Source: Eledone cirrhosa | Lineage: Eukaryota | DNA length: 64,000 nucleotides | Assembly: GCA_964016885.1 (NCBI GenBank) | Contig: OZ024741.1 | Span: forward strand, 197,222,001-197,286,000 | Reading direction: 5' to 3' | Shown here: piece after piece, positions 13,186-26,598 of the stretch | Position numbering within the stretch: position 1 is the stretch's first letter | How the letters are laid out: every line of letters starts with the position of its first letter | Notes under the pieces: model-generated | What the model saw: the letters and a program-made list of their open reading frames with translations, nothing else | Told to the model about the DNA's origin: nothing | Databases searched by the model: none | Made by a program: the position numbers and the translations under genes

Positions 13186-13514
13186 CCCACCTCTTAATGA
13201 GAGTGCAAAACCTATCCTGGAAACGACATCCCACCTTGTCTAAAATCTATGGCAAACTCCCTCGAGCCTCTGCCCTTCTAAAATCCCAGAGAGCTCAATT
13301 TGCTGGCCACTGTCACCGTGCCAGCAATGAAATCATATCCGCTCTCTTGCTCTGGAACCCTGACTAGGAGTAGGAAGCTGTCATTCCCTGACGTTATCTC
13401 TAGGGATACGGGAATCAGTAGACAGGACCTGGGGGCAGCGATGGGGGACAGGGAATTCTGGGGCATGAGAGTGAGATCCATCATCTTCACAGTAGTCGAC
13501 GAATGATGATGATG
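13186..13514 (+). mobile_element. RTE-like LINE 3' end inserted into the pLTR repeat
   Basis: Encodes ...SWKRHPT..IYG.LP...QFAGHC.R...LLLW, has a (TGA)n tail, and is flanked by TSD acatata (13179-13185/13515-13521). Confidence 0.75.
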
Positions 13515-14879
13515 ACATATATGTGTTCAAATCGTAAGGGACCAGATTCGCTAAGGTGAAAAAGACACTAACTATGGACTCAATTTAAGAATAAATCAAA
13601 AAAATAAATACAAACCGGAATTGTAGTAACCTTAGCGAATCTGGACCCTTACTATTTGAACACATATATCTATATATCTGTGTTTATCTCTCTTTTATAT
13701 TCAATTATAATATATATATATATATATTGGTACCACAAAACATCCAGCTCACACTGTAAAGTGGTTGTATAGGTGTCACGACAAAAGCACCCAGTTCACA
13801 CTGTAAAGTGGTTGTGCAGGAGACACGGTAAAAAGCACCCAGCACACAATATAAATGTGGTTGGTGTTAGGAAGAGCATTCAGCTGTAGAAAACCAGCCA
13901 GAAACAGTCCTATATGAGTAAGACACAGTCACCTGACCCAACTTGCCTCAAGTGGGAGAAACCCATCTAACCCATGCTAGTGTGGAAGATAGATGTTAAA
14001 CAATGATGATGATCATCATATATATATATATATACACATACACATACACATGAACTCCACTGAATCCATCCTGATACTGTCTCACATGTCATTTGAAGAT
14101 GCCTGCCAGGATGATGAGGTCTCTTTTGTCAATACCTGAAGTTGTCTGTAAAAGTTCCTCATAGTACCTGACCTTTTGTTCTTTACCCAGCCCTGCCTGT
14201 GGAGCATAGGTAAATGTGATTGTCACCAGTCTATTTCCTACAGCTATTCTAAGCTTGATAATTCTGTCACTTACTCTACCTCTATCACTTTATGTATCCA
14301 TTCTCAGCTAGTAAGAGGCCTACACCTCCTACCCCATCATCACTTCCTACACAGTAGAGTTTATATCTAAGGTGCTTGCCTGTGATTAGTCTCCCTGAGG
14401 TACCCCCTCCACCTCACTTTGTCTTACTGGACCTAAAAGTCCTCTCCACCCTGTATCAGTTTTTATTTAGAGTGTCTTCTCTCCTAGACGGATAGCCTTC
14501 ACTATGTTGTTGTTTGTGTTGTTATTGTGATGGAATTTGAATAATAAGAACAATAAAAAAGGGTGACAAAAATGAACACATAAACACAGAAAGAACGATA
14601 GCAACAGAACAAACTGGGATGAAGGGATTGGTAAGGTAGGCGGGGAAAGGGTTAGAAACATGAAATGTACTGACAACACACACCCACGCACACAGACAAA
14701 CAGAAAACACACCACCGACAACAACACATACAGATAACACCACCACTAAGAACAACGATAGTAGCAATAGGAATAATAACAATAACAAAATCAACAACAA
14801 TACTAATACTAATAATAATAACAACAATAACAACAAACTGACACTGAAAACAACACAATTAACATAAGCGACTAACAAT

Positions 14880-16980
14880 ACATATGGCGTGAATTGCATT
14901 TATCCCAAACTTATTTAATAGGAGAGTTTATATTTCACTAAATACAGATGACCAATCAGCAGCACAATTCACTATAGCTAGGACAAAGTCCACCAGGAGA
15001 CAGAATCGGACAGAGGTACAACTAACTCAGTAATAAATCCACAGAGGGCCTACATAAACTTATACAGCACACAAGGAATGGAGAGATCATGTGTTTCCCC
15101 ACAGAATAAGTCTGGCAGAACGTCAATAGAAAGCCTACCAAACTATATCCAGGCAATGCAACGCCACATCACAACATGAGTGAAACAATACTGCAAACAC
15201 ACAAAGAGAGAGAAAAAATCCTCAACACTCATATGATTATTTGGTCTGACATCCTAGGACCAAGGAAGTGCACGGCCAACAATTTCCAAGCCTCAAATAA
15301 TGACATTCCAGTGCTGTATGGACTCTGCAAGGATCATAAAATAACCACCGATCCTGTGGCAGGACCACCAACAAGACTTGTCTGCAACTAGAGGATCTCC
15401 TACTCCCTCTCTACGATCATATGTCCCATAATCAAGATATCTCCAGACATGTGTGACTGCACAGAGGACCTCCTCAGCAGAATCAACAAGTGCAACCAAA
15501 CCCACAACCTGAAAAACTGCATAATAGGGAACATGGATGTAATATCCTTATACCCATCTATTGACATTGATTTTGCTGTGGAGAAACGCATGGAAATGAT
15601 CAGAGAGAGTGATGTGGAATTCCAAGGAGTTGACACTGAAGAACTGGGCCTCCTTCTTAGACTTACTAGTGACAAAGAATATCTAGATAAATACAACCTT
15701 AGCTGTTTCCGCCTCAGTAGAGCTGTAAAACCTCCCACTATCACCTCAATGGTAAAAAAAACCCTTATGGAAAGATGGAATGGGTAGACCAGAGCCATAT
15801 GTACCCCTGAAAACCATGACCAGGTGAGAAGAATGATCGCACATGCAGTGGGAGCGAGTATTAAAATTACCCTAAAGGTCATGTGTTTAAGTTCAATAAT
15901 AAAACATACACCCAAAAAGAGGCAGTGGCTATTGGCGTCAGCATTGCTGGCGCTGTGGCCAGTCTGTTCATGGTGTGTTGGGACAGGAAACTCAAAGAAT
16001 GCTTAGCTGAGAACTCCATAGCCATATACTCTCTCTATGTTGACGATATCAATATTGTGGTTAAAACTACCTCACTAGAGAGTACCCGTGAACTGGAACT
16101 AGAAGCTAGCACTATGGACAGCATCCAGCAAATAGTTAACTCCATCCACCAGTGCATTACAGTAACAGTAGACCATCCCACTAAGCATCCATCCATAGAT
16201 TACCTGCGTTAGACACTGAAGTCTGGATAGAAATTAAGGATGATAAAGTCCAAATCTTCCATTCACATTATACCAAAACTATGGCCTCCAAGTACCTAAT
16301 CCACCAGAACTCAGCTATCTCAGGCAGGGCTAAGTTCAATATCTTGATAGCAGACCTGGTAAAGGGGATGAGAAATGTGTCCCACATGTGCAAACCAAGA
16401 AAGTTAAAGAGACCCATACAGCACTTTATCCACCACATGCAGATCTCTGGTTATAAGCAAAGAGACAGGATCAGGATGTGCAAAGGAGTCATGGCTAAAT
16501 TAAAACTATTATGGGGAATAATACAAATGGGATTTGCCCACTATACACGAGCAAATCATGGAATAGTATGGAAATGAGTAAGAAAAAGATAGGGAAGGCC
16601 AACTTATGGTATGACAGCCAAAAATACCAGAGTGTCAGGTTCGTCAATTCTACCCCTAGAGGTGAACTAGAGAATCGTTTTAGAAGTGCTTTAGACAGAA
16701 TGATCCTTAGGATTAAAGTAGTAGAAAAACCAGGAGCTACCATAAAATCCCAGATCAGTAGAACATGCACCTTTAGGAAAACCCCCTATACTGATATAAA
16801 CTGCGTAGTCTGTAAGATTGGCCCACAGATAAACTGTAAAACTAGAAATGTAGTCTGTAGGATAAGATGCAGAAACAAGATGACATACATAGGAGAGAGA
16901 TTAAAGGGACACTTAAGGAGGAGAAAAGCTCATCACTGCTATACCAACATGCCAAACTAGAACACGAGGACTCAATAGAT
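14880..16980 (+). mobile_element. Degraded Penelope-like element (RT plus GIY-YIG)
   Basis: MDVISLYPSI, YTQKEAVAIG...A.LFM and YVDDINIV motifs, then C.VC...NCKTRNVV.RI.C...TYIGE. Many frameshifts. Confidence 0.85.
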
Positions 16981-17154
16981 AATATAAAAATAAAGATCCT
17001 ATCCACACAATAAAATGTTCATAACCACATATCTCACCATGCTTTATGTAAATTTTACTGCTTTGTTTCTCCTCTTTTATATTAATCCCAGTCACATTTA
17101 AAAAATAAAATCAACTATTCTTGATAATTTCGTTTTATATATTTCTTATTTTAG

Positions 17155-17236
17155 AGATTGGTATAAGAAGAACATCTTTTTACTATGGCCAGCACTGAAG
17201 GTTGCAATTCAAAATCTGTTTAAAAAAGCAAAATAA
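17155..17236 (+). CDS. COA8: COA8/APOPT1 terminal coding exon
   Basis: ttttag acceptor at 17149-17154. The phase-2 junction completes AGA, giving (R)DWYKKNIFLLWPALKVAIQNLFKKAK*, which resembles the COA8 C-terminal 'RDWYKRN...KVA' pattern. Too short to appear in the ORF track. Confidence 0.9.
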
Positions 17237-17315
17237 CTTTTTAAAAAAATGCCAGACTTTGTTGTGAAAGGTTGTTGTATTATGTATTTAAGGGATTTTG
17301 TATATAAACACATTT

Positions 17316-17321
17316 AATAAA
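17316..17321 (+). promoter_or_regulatory. Candidate polyadenylation signal of COA8
   Basis: AATAAA about 80 nt after the stop codon. Confidence 0.5.
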
Positions 17322-18279
17322 GATATATTACAGAACCTTTGATTCTTAACGGTATATTAGCAAAGACAAATGTCCTGCCATTATAGTACACAAACACTAA
17401 GTTGAAGGAATTATTTGCCAGGATGGTAGTGGTAAGAGTGTTCTATAATTGGAGTCTGCCATAAGTAGTGGAGAATTCAATAGAAGGAAAAACAATAATG
17501 GATGCATTGAAAGTTGTGGTGGACAAATCAAAGTGAACAAAACGGATGCAAACATGTGCACACAACAATGTACACAAATCAGCATACATGTAGAAACCTA
17601 AACAGCTATCCAGGAAAAACAACAAAAAGTAGTGAAGAAAAGACTCAGTGAGGAGTAGAAAGGGAGCTGTGGATGGATGGTAGGTGGAGTGGGAAGTAGA
17701 ATAAGAGAAAAGTAGGTTTAAGGATGTACGATGTCAGTAAAGGGACACAATACCTTATGGAGCATCTCAATTTCAACATTTGAAAACTCTGATTCCTCAC
17801 CTTAACACACACATTATATATGTCTGCCTCAACTTTCTTTCATTCTGCTCCCTGTTTTTCAAACGCAATAAGAGAAAAAGAAATTTAGTTAGAGAAGTTA
17901 AGATGTAATTTTTAACTTGGAGAATTATATTCATTAAATTCTGATATGATTTTCCTTGGATACCAGTTATCTACGAAATGGCATTTAAGATGAAACTTGC
18001 ACTGAAGTGTTTGTAAAAAGATATAGACTAATAATATTTCAAATCTTATGATTGTACAGGGAGTATTATTTCATGATCAGAGTTAATTAGTAGTATTTTA
18101 TTGACATAAGTGGGATGATGTAAAAATTGGTTCCAGTGGATTTTTAATGTAGAACCCACTGGAACAGAATTAAGACCTGTTAGTAACTTAGTGCAGGCCA
18201 AGTAGAGGTATAGTTATTGTATTTTCAAATGCAGCGATGTATTTTTTTTGCAAAGTTTTTGATAGGAAATCGTGTGTTG

Positions 18280-21000
18280 AGACAGATATTGTTATATTTG
18301 GGGAGGGTCATGTCCTAATATTGCAAAAAAATAGTAAAACACACTTACTGTTTTGTTTGGTTTTCACTTCAGTATATTTTTATAAATAATTTAGCTGGCA
18401 ATCAATGTTTATCATTGATTGATAAACAGTTAAAAATATAAATATAATTTCTAAAAAAAAACAAGAAGAACTAAGAAAATACCCAGATAAGATCGACAAG
18501 ATTTACATGGCAGATGTTACATTACCTACTGAGTTTGCCAAAGACAATACACTGAAGAAGAACAATATATACTACAACTACCACCAAAGTTCACAGTATA
18601 CAACAAGATAAACCTAGTACGATGCTTGTCTGAAATTGAAGAATCCTTCACTAAAATCTGTTGGAACACAAATGGCAATAATAACAATGAAGATGGTAAC
18701 ATAGACAGCAGCAATAACATTAGATATAGCAATAATAACAATGGCTATAGAAATAACGACTATAATAATAGTAATGGGTATAACAATAACAGCAACAACA
18801 ATAACAGTAGAAATAGAAATAGCAACCACAGTAATAGAAATAGCAGTAACAACAACGGTAGTAGTAGAGAGACCGACAACAATTCTAATAACAGCAATAA
18901 ATATAACAACAATAAAAACAACAATGATTGTAATAGTACACAACAATAACAACAACAATAATGATCGATTTAATAACAACCCCTTAGAGAACCTGTTCTT
19001 CAACCCATCTGACAAAACACAATATGAACAATATTTATCTCTCTAAATTGCTATTTAATAAAAGGGTCTGTATTCCACAAGAGATAGACGATCAAAACTA
19101 AGCATGGTTCATCATAGCTAGGAATAAACTTAGACAGATAGTGAAACAATATACTAGGAGACAGAACAGATTGGTGGTTCAACAACTTGGAAGAAAACCT
19201 ACAGAGGGCCTACATAGCCTCATGCAGCGCACAAGTGATGGTGAGATAGTGTGTCTACCTACAGACAAATCCAGCAGAATGTCAATAGACAGCATGCCAA
19301 ACTATATCAAGGCTATGCAACCCCCTCTGATTAACACAAGTGAAACAACACAAACATATGAGGAAAGAGAAAGGATCCTCAATGCTCACATGATGATGTG
19401 GACTAACAATCTAAGACCAAATAGATGCATGGCCAATAACTTCCAGGCCTCTAACAATGACATGCCACCACTATATGGGCTCCACAAAGACCATAAAACA
19501 GCTAGTGACCCTATAACAGAACCACCAACAAGACCTGTCTGCAGAGTTAATATAGCCAGCAACAACAGGATCTACTTCCTCTTTATGATTATGTGCCTCA
19601 TAATTAAGATGTCCCCAGATGTGTGTGACAACAGAGGACCTCTTTAGCAGAATCAGTGATTGCAACCACACTGAAGACCTGACAAACTGCATAATAGACA
19701 GTATGGATGTAGTGTCTCTGTACTCATCCATTGACATTGATTTTGTTGTGGAAAAATGTGTAGAAATAATCAGTGAGAGTGAAGTAGAGTTCTGTGATGT
19801 TGACACAGATGAACTGGGCCTCCTACTTAGACTTACATGTGACAGAGAATATCTAGACAATCATGGCCTTAACAGCTTCTGCCCCAGTTGACCAATAAGA
19901 GGTAGACCCCCTACCAAAACTTCAATAGCAAAAAAGACTCCGATAGGAAGATGGAACAGATGGACCAGAGCCATATGGACACCTGAGAACCATGATCAGG
20001 TGAGAAAGATGATCACACAAAACTACTAAAACTACTCTAAAGGGCCTCATGTTCAAATTTAATAAGAAAACATACACCCAAGACAAAGGAGCAGCCATCA
20101 GTGTCAGCATAGCTGGTGATATTGCCAACCTATTTATAGTACGGTGGGAAAGGAAACTCAAAGAACACCTAGCAAAGAACTCCATAGCCCTCCTCATATA
20201 CTCTTGTTATGTAGATGACATTAATATAGTAATAAAAACACTCCCACCAATAAACCTGAATAGAAGCTAACATGATAGAGAGCGTCCAGCAAATAGCTAA
20301 CTCCATACACCAAAGCATCAAAGTAACTATAAACTACCCTAACAATAGACTACCAGTATTAGACACTAAAATCTGGTTACATACGATAAAGCCTAAATCC
20401 ATTCACATTAAGGCTCCAAATAGACAACATAGAAGTTAAAATAATATCCAAACAGAGGAATGACTTGACACTTAGACAAACTAGGGAGGCTACAGAAATA
20501 GAGTTAAGAAAACCTTGGCTGAACAGAAAACATGAATGGAATAACAACAACCATACACAAACACAATAGTGATCTAAGATAAATATAAATATACACAGAT
20601 GCAATAACAACACCCACATACAAACACACTAGTGACAAAGGATAGAATATTAACACATAAACACATGCAGACTTTGACACGAACATACACTAAACAGAAT
20701 ACATTCACTCAAACACATGCGCAAACAGAGACAACAAAAAAAAAAACGTTATAGAAATCCAACGGGAGGAAACTGATAACCACTGAAGATGTCACAGAAA
20801 TACAGAAATGTGTGACAAAAGAACTTTGATAAATTATATTTATATTTTTAACTTTGTCAATCAATGATAAACATTGATTGCCAGTTAAATTATTTATAAA
20901 GATATACTGAAGCGAAAACCAAACCAAACAGTGAATGTGTTTTACTATTTTTTGGCAATATTAAGCCAACATGACCCTCCCCAAATATAACAATATTTTC
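18280..21000 (+). mobile_element. Second copy of the same PLE family, internally deleted, with inverted termini
   Basis: RT fragments at 19141-20270 (PTDKSSRM, MDVVSLYSSI, YVDDINIV). 18285-18450 is inverted relative to 20833-20997. Confidence 0.85.
20781..20828 (+). ncRNA. Minimal hammerhead motif, decayed (G12A)
   Basis: ca CTGAAGA t gtcaca...tgtgac aAAA gaac TT tg. Confidence 0.55.
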
Positions 21001-21769
21001 AAATGCTTATTATAAAACAAGGATTTGGAAATGCTTGATCAGAGATCTTTCCCTTAACTATCACAGTATGAATTAATGTGGAATCCTCTAAAGAGACATT
21101 TGACTTGCTATGAATAGTAACCCAATATTCCTGAAATAACACCTTACTGGCTTAGATAATGAAGGAAGAATTAGATAGTGTGATCCTGCATATGCTATAT
21201 CTGAAGAAAAAGATGGGATGAGCATGTTTGGAAAGCCCTTGCTTATGGTTCTGCTCAATTACGGCCAGCCTGGAGGTAAACAACAATAACCATCACAGAT
21301 ATGAGAACAGCTTGAAAATAATCTTTATTAAGAATAGCAATCTTGTAACTAGATTATTATCTTTATACAGGGGGCTGCAAAAGTAGCTTTACGTTAATGA
21401 AAACATAACATGTGCACAAAACGTATTTTATTGATTATACTGTATACCTATTTTGCACCCCACCCCCCTTCATATAAAAGGCTAAGTCACTTGTTTTTTT
21501 TTATTGGTTTTCCTCTCTTTTGTCATAATTTTTTAAACATGTGGAAGGAAAAAACTCTGGCTGTACTGAGAGAAGTGGAAGAGAGAAAATGTATTAGAAA
21601 CAGAGGTGGAGCAGATATGGAAGAGAGACAGGGAGTGAGAAAAATATGTATATGTATGGACTGATTCTATGTATATATATGTGTCATCATGATCACCATC
21701 ATCATCATGATCATGATGATCATCATCATTTAATGTCCATTTTCCGTGCTAACGTGTGTATATGATTTT

Positions 21770-22520
21770 GATTAGTTTGAACTGACATGCATACAAACAC
21801 ATACACATCTGGGAAGCACCCTTTCATGAACTGCAAACATAGATGCAGAGGTCAGTAATAGAAGTAATAGAAAGTCAGTGCCTCCATTGGGAGGCATCGT
21901 GAGAATGTAGGAGAGCAAAGAGGACTCAGCCTCACTACCTTCCTCAATGCCTGTAAGACCTGGACTGTCTACAGTTGACATGCTAAACAGCTCAACCATT
22001 GCCATTTGAGTTACCTCAACATACTGTAGCAGGACAAATCCCAGATTCAGAGGTCCTGTAATGGGCTTGCACCTACAGTATCCCCACCTGCCTGCAACAG
22101 GCTCAAGTCAGATGGGTGGGTCATGTTGTCAGCATGTCTGACAGCTGACTATTGAAACAGCAACTGTATGGAGAGCTGAGCTAAGGCAAGTGCTCAATCT
22201 GTGAGCATAAGAAACATGTTAAAGACAATTTAAAATTGTCCCTCAAAAACCTCAACATCAATCTCAGAAGCTGGAAATCACTGGATCGCCCAACCTGGCA
22301 AAGCAAAAGAAACCAGACTCGCGACAGAAGCTCAGAGGAAGTGCTTTGCTTGCATAACAAGAGCTACATCCACTTCTATTGCAGCACCAATCCACATGTG
22401 GGCATGGTTTCTGTTGCCCAGATTGACCTCACCAGTTATCTCCAGATACACAACCAAAGATCCTCCCCCCAACATTGAAGTTGTAGTTGTCTTCAACTCT
22501 GAAGGATGAACAAGACTTGT
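21770..22520. mobile_element. RTE/BovB-like LINE fragments
   Basis: + strand KDNLKLSLKNLNINLRSWKSLDRPTW at ~22220-22300, typical of an RTE C-terminus. Confidence 0.5.
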
Positions 22521-22863
22521 ATTTATACTCCCCTCTCTATAAATGTGTGAGTATGTATATATATTTCTGCTCCACTTTCTATATATGTACATTTTTTTGT
22601 ACTTATGTATAGAGTATTGTATCTGTTGCATTAGTGTGAGTTGTGTGTGTAAAGCTGTGTGAGACGTGACATATGTTTACTTATCTTTTGTGTGTTTTGT
22701 ATGTGTAATGGAATGTGTGTACCTGTATGTGAAGTAGTGTATGTGTGTTTGTGTGTGCAGGCATGTATCTGGAGCACTGTCTGTGTAGTTATGTATATAG
22801 TGGTTAATATGTAGTAGTGGTGTATGTGTAGTGGATAATGTGTAGTGGATAATGTGTAGGTAT

Positions 22864-23135
22864 GTGGCTTAGTTATCAGGGTGTTTGGCTCACAATCATA
22901 AGGTTGTGCATTTGATTCCAGATGGTGTATTGTGTCCTTGAGCAAGACACTTTATTTCACATTTCTTCAGTCCCACCAGCTGACAAAAATGAGTTGTACC
23001 TGTAATTCTAAAGGCCAGCGTTGTCTTACACTGTCACTCTGAATAATCGTGAGAACTACATTAAAAGTGCACGTGTCTATGAAATGACCAGGCATTTGCA
23101 TAGTAATTTCATGAGCAGGCTGCTCCATTATTCAA
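22864..23135 (+). mobile_element. tRNA-derived SINE family B (other copies ~38940-39060 and 47655-47760, - strand)
   Basis: gtggcttagt A-box-like start and gtgtccttgagcaagacactttatttcac core. Confidence 0.7.
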
Positions 23136-23615
23136 ACACTAGGAACACTCATCATTGGAACCATTGGCAATCCAACAACACAATAATACTTCAGTGGAGT
23201 TTGTTTTGGGATGCATGTAAAACCATATGCATGGCCCCAACCCATCCATGAGGTCAATGGGTCTGCTTGAATACTAACCTGTCTGTCTCGACATGTCCAA
23301 CCCTTGCTACCAGGAAAAACTGATGTTAAATGATAATGATGATAATGACAATTAATTATACTCAGCAAACTTGCCTGCTAAGAAGGCCACTAAGCATGCT
23401 CATTGGCTGCATTGGATGCCGTTGGGTGCCATCATGAAATATAACCCGCTTTGGGCATTTAAAACCCGTTGAAGCCCATCTCTCTCCAGGTCTGAACATC
23501 GACGATTTCTTCCAGAGGAAGAGAAAGTGATAAAGAAGTGAGAAAGAGATATAGAAGGAGAATCGATTCCAGTATCAGACTGGTACTTTTTATTGACTTT
23601 TAAAAGATGAAAGGC

Positions 23616-25229
23616 AAAGTTCATAGGTTGACCAAGATATTCGCATGGAATGTAAAAATGAGGTTTATTTTTCAACATAGTCCCCTTGTGGTAAACACGC
23701 TTCTTCCATCAGTGTTGCAGTGCTTGGATCCCATTGGTGAAGAAGTGTGGTAATATGATGTATCCTAGTTGGATTGTTTATCGACATAGACGTGAGGGAA
23801 GGTCCCTCGTCTATTTACCATTTTTGTAAGTGAGAATTATAACAAGTGAGTGGGTGTGTGCGTAAACAAGACAATAACCACAACGAGAGTTATATTCAAC
23901 AAATGTAAATAATGGAGATGTTTATTTTGTTTATGTGTATTTATTATATTACAAATGAAACATACCAAATATATACGTGATCCAGATGTGGTGAAGGGAG
24001 CGTATTACAATTACAAAGGTATTGTGGTGTTTGCTGTTCCCGAGGGCTGTTTATCGTTTCGTAGTACAGAGGCTGTTTTCTGTGGCGTGTATACCGTCTG
24101 CTTTCCCGTGGCTGTCTCTGTTTACCTCTCGTGTTCTCAACCAAGGGGAGACAACTAGGCCTGGTCCATTATCCGCTAGGAGACGTGAGGCGTCTTACTA
24201 CAGAAGCTTTCATCCTGTTGGTAAAAAAAGTCATCAACAGCCGATATGATGTCATCATCGCTGTGATACTGGTTCCCATCCAAGTATTTTTTCATTTTGG
24301 GTACAGATAATAATCAGATGGGGCTAAATCAGGAGAATAGGGAGGGTGATCAACCAATCCAAAACTACAGTCACGCCTAACAGCCATTGAAACCAAGGAC
24401 TTGTGTAGCATTGTTCTAGTGAAACAAGACCACTTTCATCTGTTTTTCTGGGCGTTTGGTCTTGATAACATTTCGTAACTGCCTCGGAAAATTGGCATAG
24501 TAATCTCCATTGATGGTGTGACTCTTTTGAAGATAGTCAATAAACACAATGAATTTAGTTTTCCCCTAAAACAGGTCATTACCTTCCCTGTAGGTGAGCA
24601 GGGTGTCTCTTTATCTCTGGCTAATATTGATGAACCTAACACTCATCCTGTGTTAGGAAACATTCACGGAAACTAGCTGGATCTGCCTCAAACAACGTCA
24701 GATTTCCCCCCCGATGTGATAAGCTTGGTGCACTTTAGATTAGGTGTCAGACGACATGGCACCCACCGAGCAGAAACCTTCGTCATGCCAAGTTCATTGT
24801 GAAGAATATTTTCAACTCTCTCACAGGATATGCCAATAACATTGGTTATTTGATTTATAGTCAATCACCTGTCATCCATCACCATATGATGAACACGATC
24901 AATGTTTTTCTCGGTGATAGCAGTTGCAGGACATCCAGACCTTGGGTCATCTTCAAGACCATCTCTTCCTTCCTAAGTTCAGCTGTCCACTTTTGCACTG
25001 TAGCAACCAGGTTAGCACGAATGTCCTTGGGGCTAATCCCTTTTTCTGCAGTTACTTCATAACACCACGATGTGTGTCCATTTTTAAGAGAAATCACTAC
25101 GAGTTACTTTTGAAATCTTTTGACAATCAGATGTCAGTTTACCCAGAAAGAAACAATGCATGCAAGAGTTCACGACTCTAGCATCACTCCTTCATAATCT
25201 GCCTATGAACTTTTCGGCTTACCCTCATA
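23616..25229 (-). mobile_element. Degraded mariner transposon
   Basis: Reverse complement encodes SARWVPCRLTP, HPPYSPDLAPSDYYL and QDESFFTNGIQAL...GDYVEK. TIR remnants aaagttcatagg and cctatgaactttt. Confidence 0.88.
23746..24202. mobile_element. Solo LTR (457 bp) inserted in the mariner
   Basis: TGTGGTAA...TTACTACA termini with a 4-bp TSD GAAG on both sides. Removing it restores the mariner reading (QDES-FFTNG). Confidence 0.85.
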
Positions 25230-25346
25230 TGATGGAATTTGAACTCAGCTCATACAGCCTGAATGAATACTGCAAAGTATTCTATTGAACGATCTAACAG
25301 CTGCCAATTCGCTTGCTTTCTTTGATATACAGAGACAAAGAAAAGA

Positions 25347-25755
25347 AATAATTGTTTCTACTATTGGCACAAGGCCAGAAATTACCCAGTACATTACTGG
25401 TACTTTATTTTATCGATCCCGTAGGGATGAAAGGCAAAGTTAACCTCGGCGGGATTTGAACTCAGAATGGCAAGGGCCGTAACTCTATGCGTCAAAGCAT
25501 GGCGTCCGACCCTCTACCGATACTGCCAATCCAAAGGAATAATAGTTTCTAATTTAAGCACAAGGCCAATAGTTTTGAGGGAAAAGAAAGTCGATTAAAT
25601 CGATCCCAGTGCGTTACTGGTACTTTATTTTACCGACCCCGTAAGGATGAAAAGCAAAGCTAACCTCGGCGGTATTTGAACTCGGAACATAAAGCAACGT
25701 ATCTATATGCCGCAATGCATGTTGTCCGATGCTCTACCGATGCTGTTAATCCACC
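25347..25755 (-). mobile_element. Two tandem SINE family A copies
   Basis: Same SINE core sequence, with A and B boxes on the minus strand. Confidence 0.85.
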
Positions 25756-26554
25756 ACCCAAAAGAGAAATAATGAAGTGAGTGAGAATAATGAAGAGGAA
25801 TGAGGAGTGAGAGAGTAAGAGTAAAGAAGAGAAGAGCCAACTTTTGAAATATGCAGTAGGTAATTACAAATGAACCAAACAACAAAGTTTTCTCTCACAG
25901 AGAAACTACTCGACTTTCAATTGTAAAAAACAAAACAGAAAAACAAACAAAAGACATAAATTATTCCAAGAAGAAGTCATTGCTTGAAATATATTGCAGA
26001 GAAACAAGAAAAAAACGAGAAAATAATAATAAGGCTTGAAGCAGAAAAATAAAGAATTACTGAAAGGGAAAAACAACATACACTGTCATTTTTGACGAAT
26101 ATTACAATAATGTAGTTCATAAATTATGAAGGTTATACATTATTATGTAGGTTATACATTATTATCTGATTGGTCTATTCGTTTTATCCTCGGTGAATGA
26201 GAGAGAAACCGTTTTATACTTTCCTATTTCATAGCAAAAATATTAGCAATAATACTCAACTGTAGAATCGTAGAAGTCCAATCACAATTATGTATTTCAA
26301 TCTAAACTGGATCTTGTCAGTAGGATGCAACATTCTATGTATGAAAATAAAGAGATTTTCATTTCGGAGAGAGAAAGAGAGGAATGGTAATAAATGTACA
26401 TGTAAATGTTTTTGAATCATATATATATATATAACAAAGGAATTGTGGTAAGGAACCAGAGGACCATAACGCACCAGAAATAGCCATCGAAACGGCTTGA
26501 GCTCTGCCGTCGGGGTCATACTTGTTCCTATATATATATATATATATATATATC

Positions 26555-26598
<44 letters not shown>

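Larger units (their letters stand above)
12536..13712 (-). mobile_element. ORF-less PLE pLTR/retrozyme-like tandem-plus-inverted element in (TA)n
   Basis: ~520-bp unit 12536-13057, partially repeated at 13058-13630, followed by an inverted piece at 13631-13712. (TA)n on both flanks and an HHR inside. Confidence 0.7.

Noticed and set aside
18614-19046. Asn-rich or hydrophobic ORFs
   Set aside because: Decayed (AAC/AAT)n simple repeat within a PLE relic.
26440-26520. Hammerhead-like GAAAcggc...gccgTC
   Set aside because: Stem III and the GUC are present, but there is no convincing core, stem II or stem I; at best a half motif.
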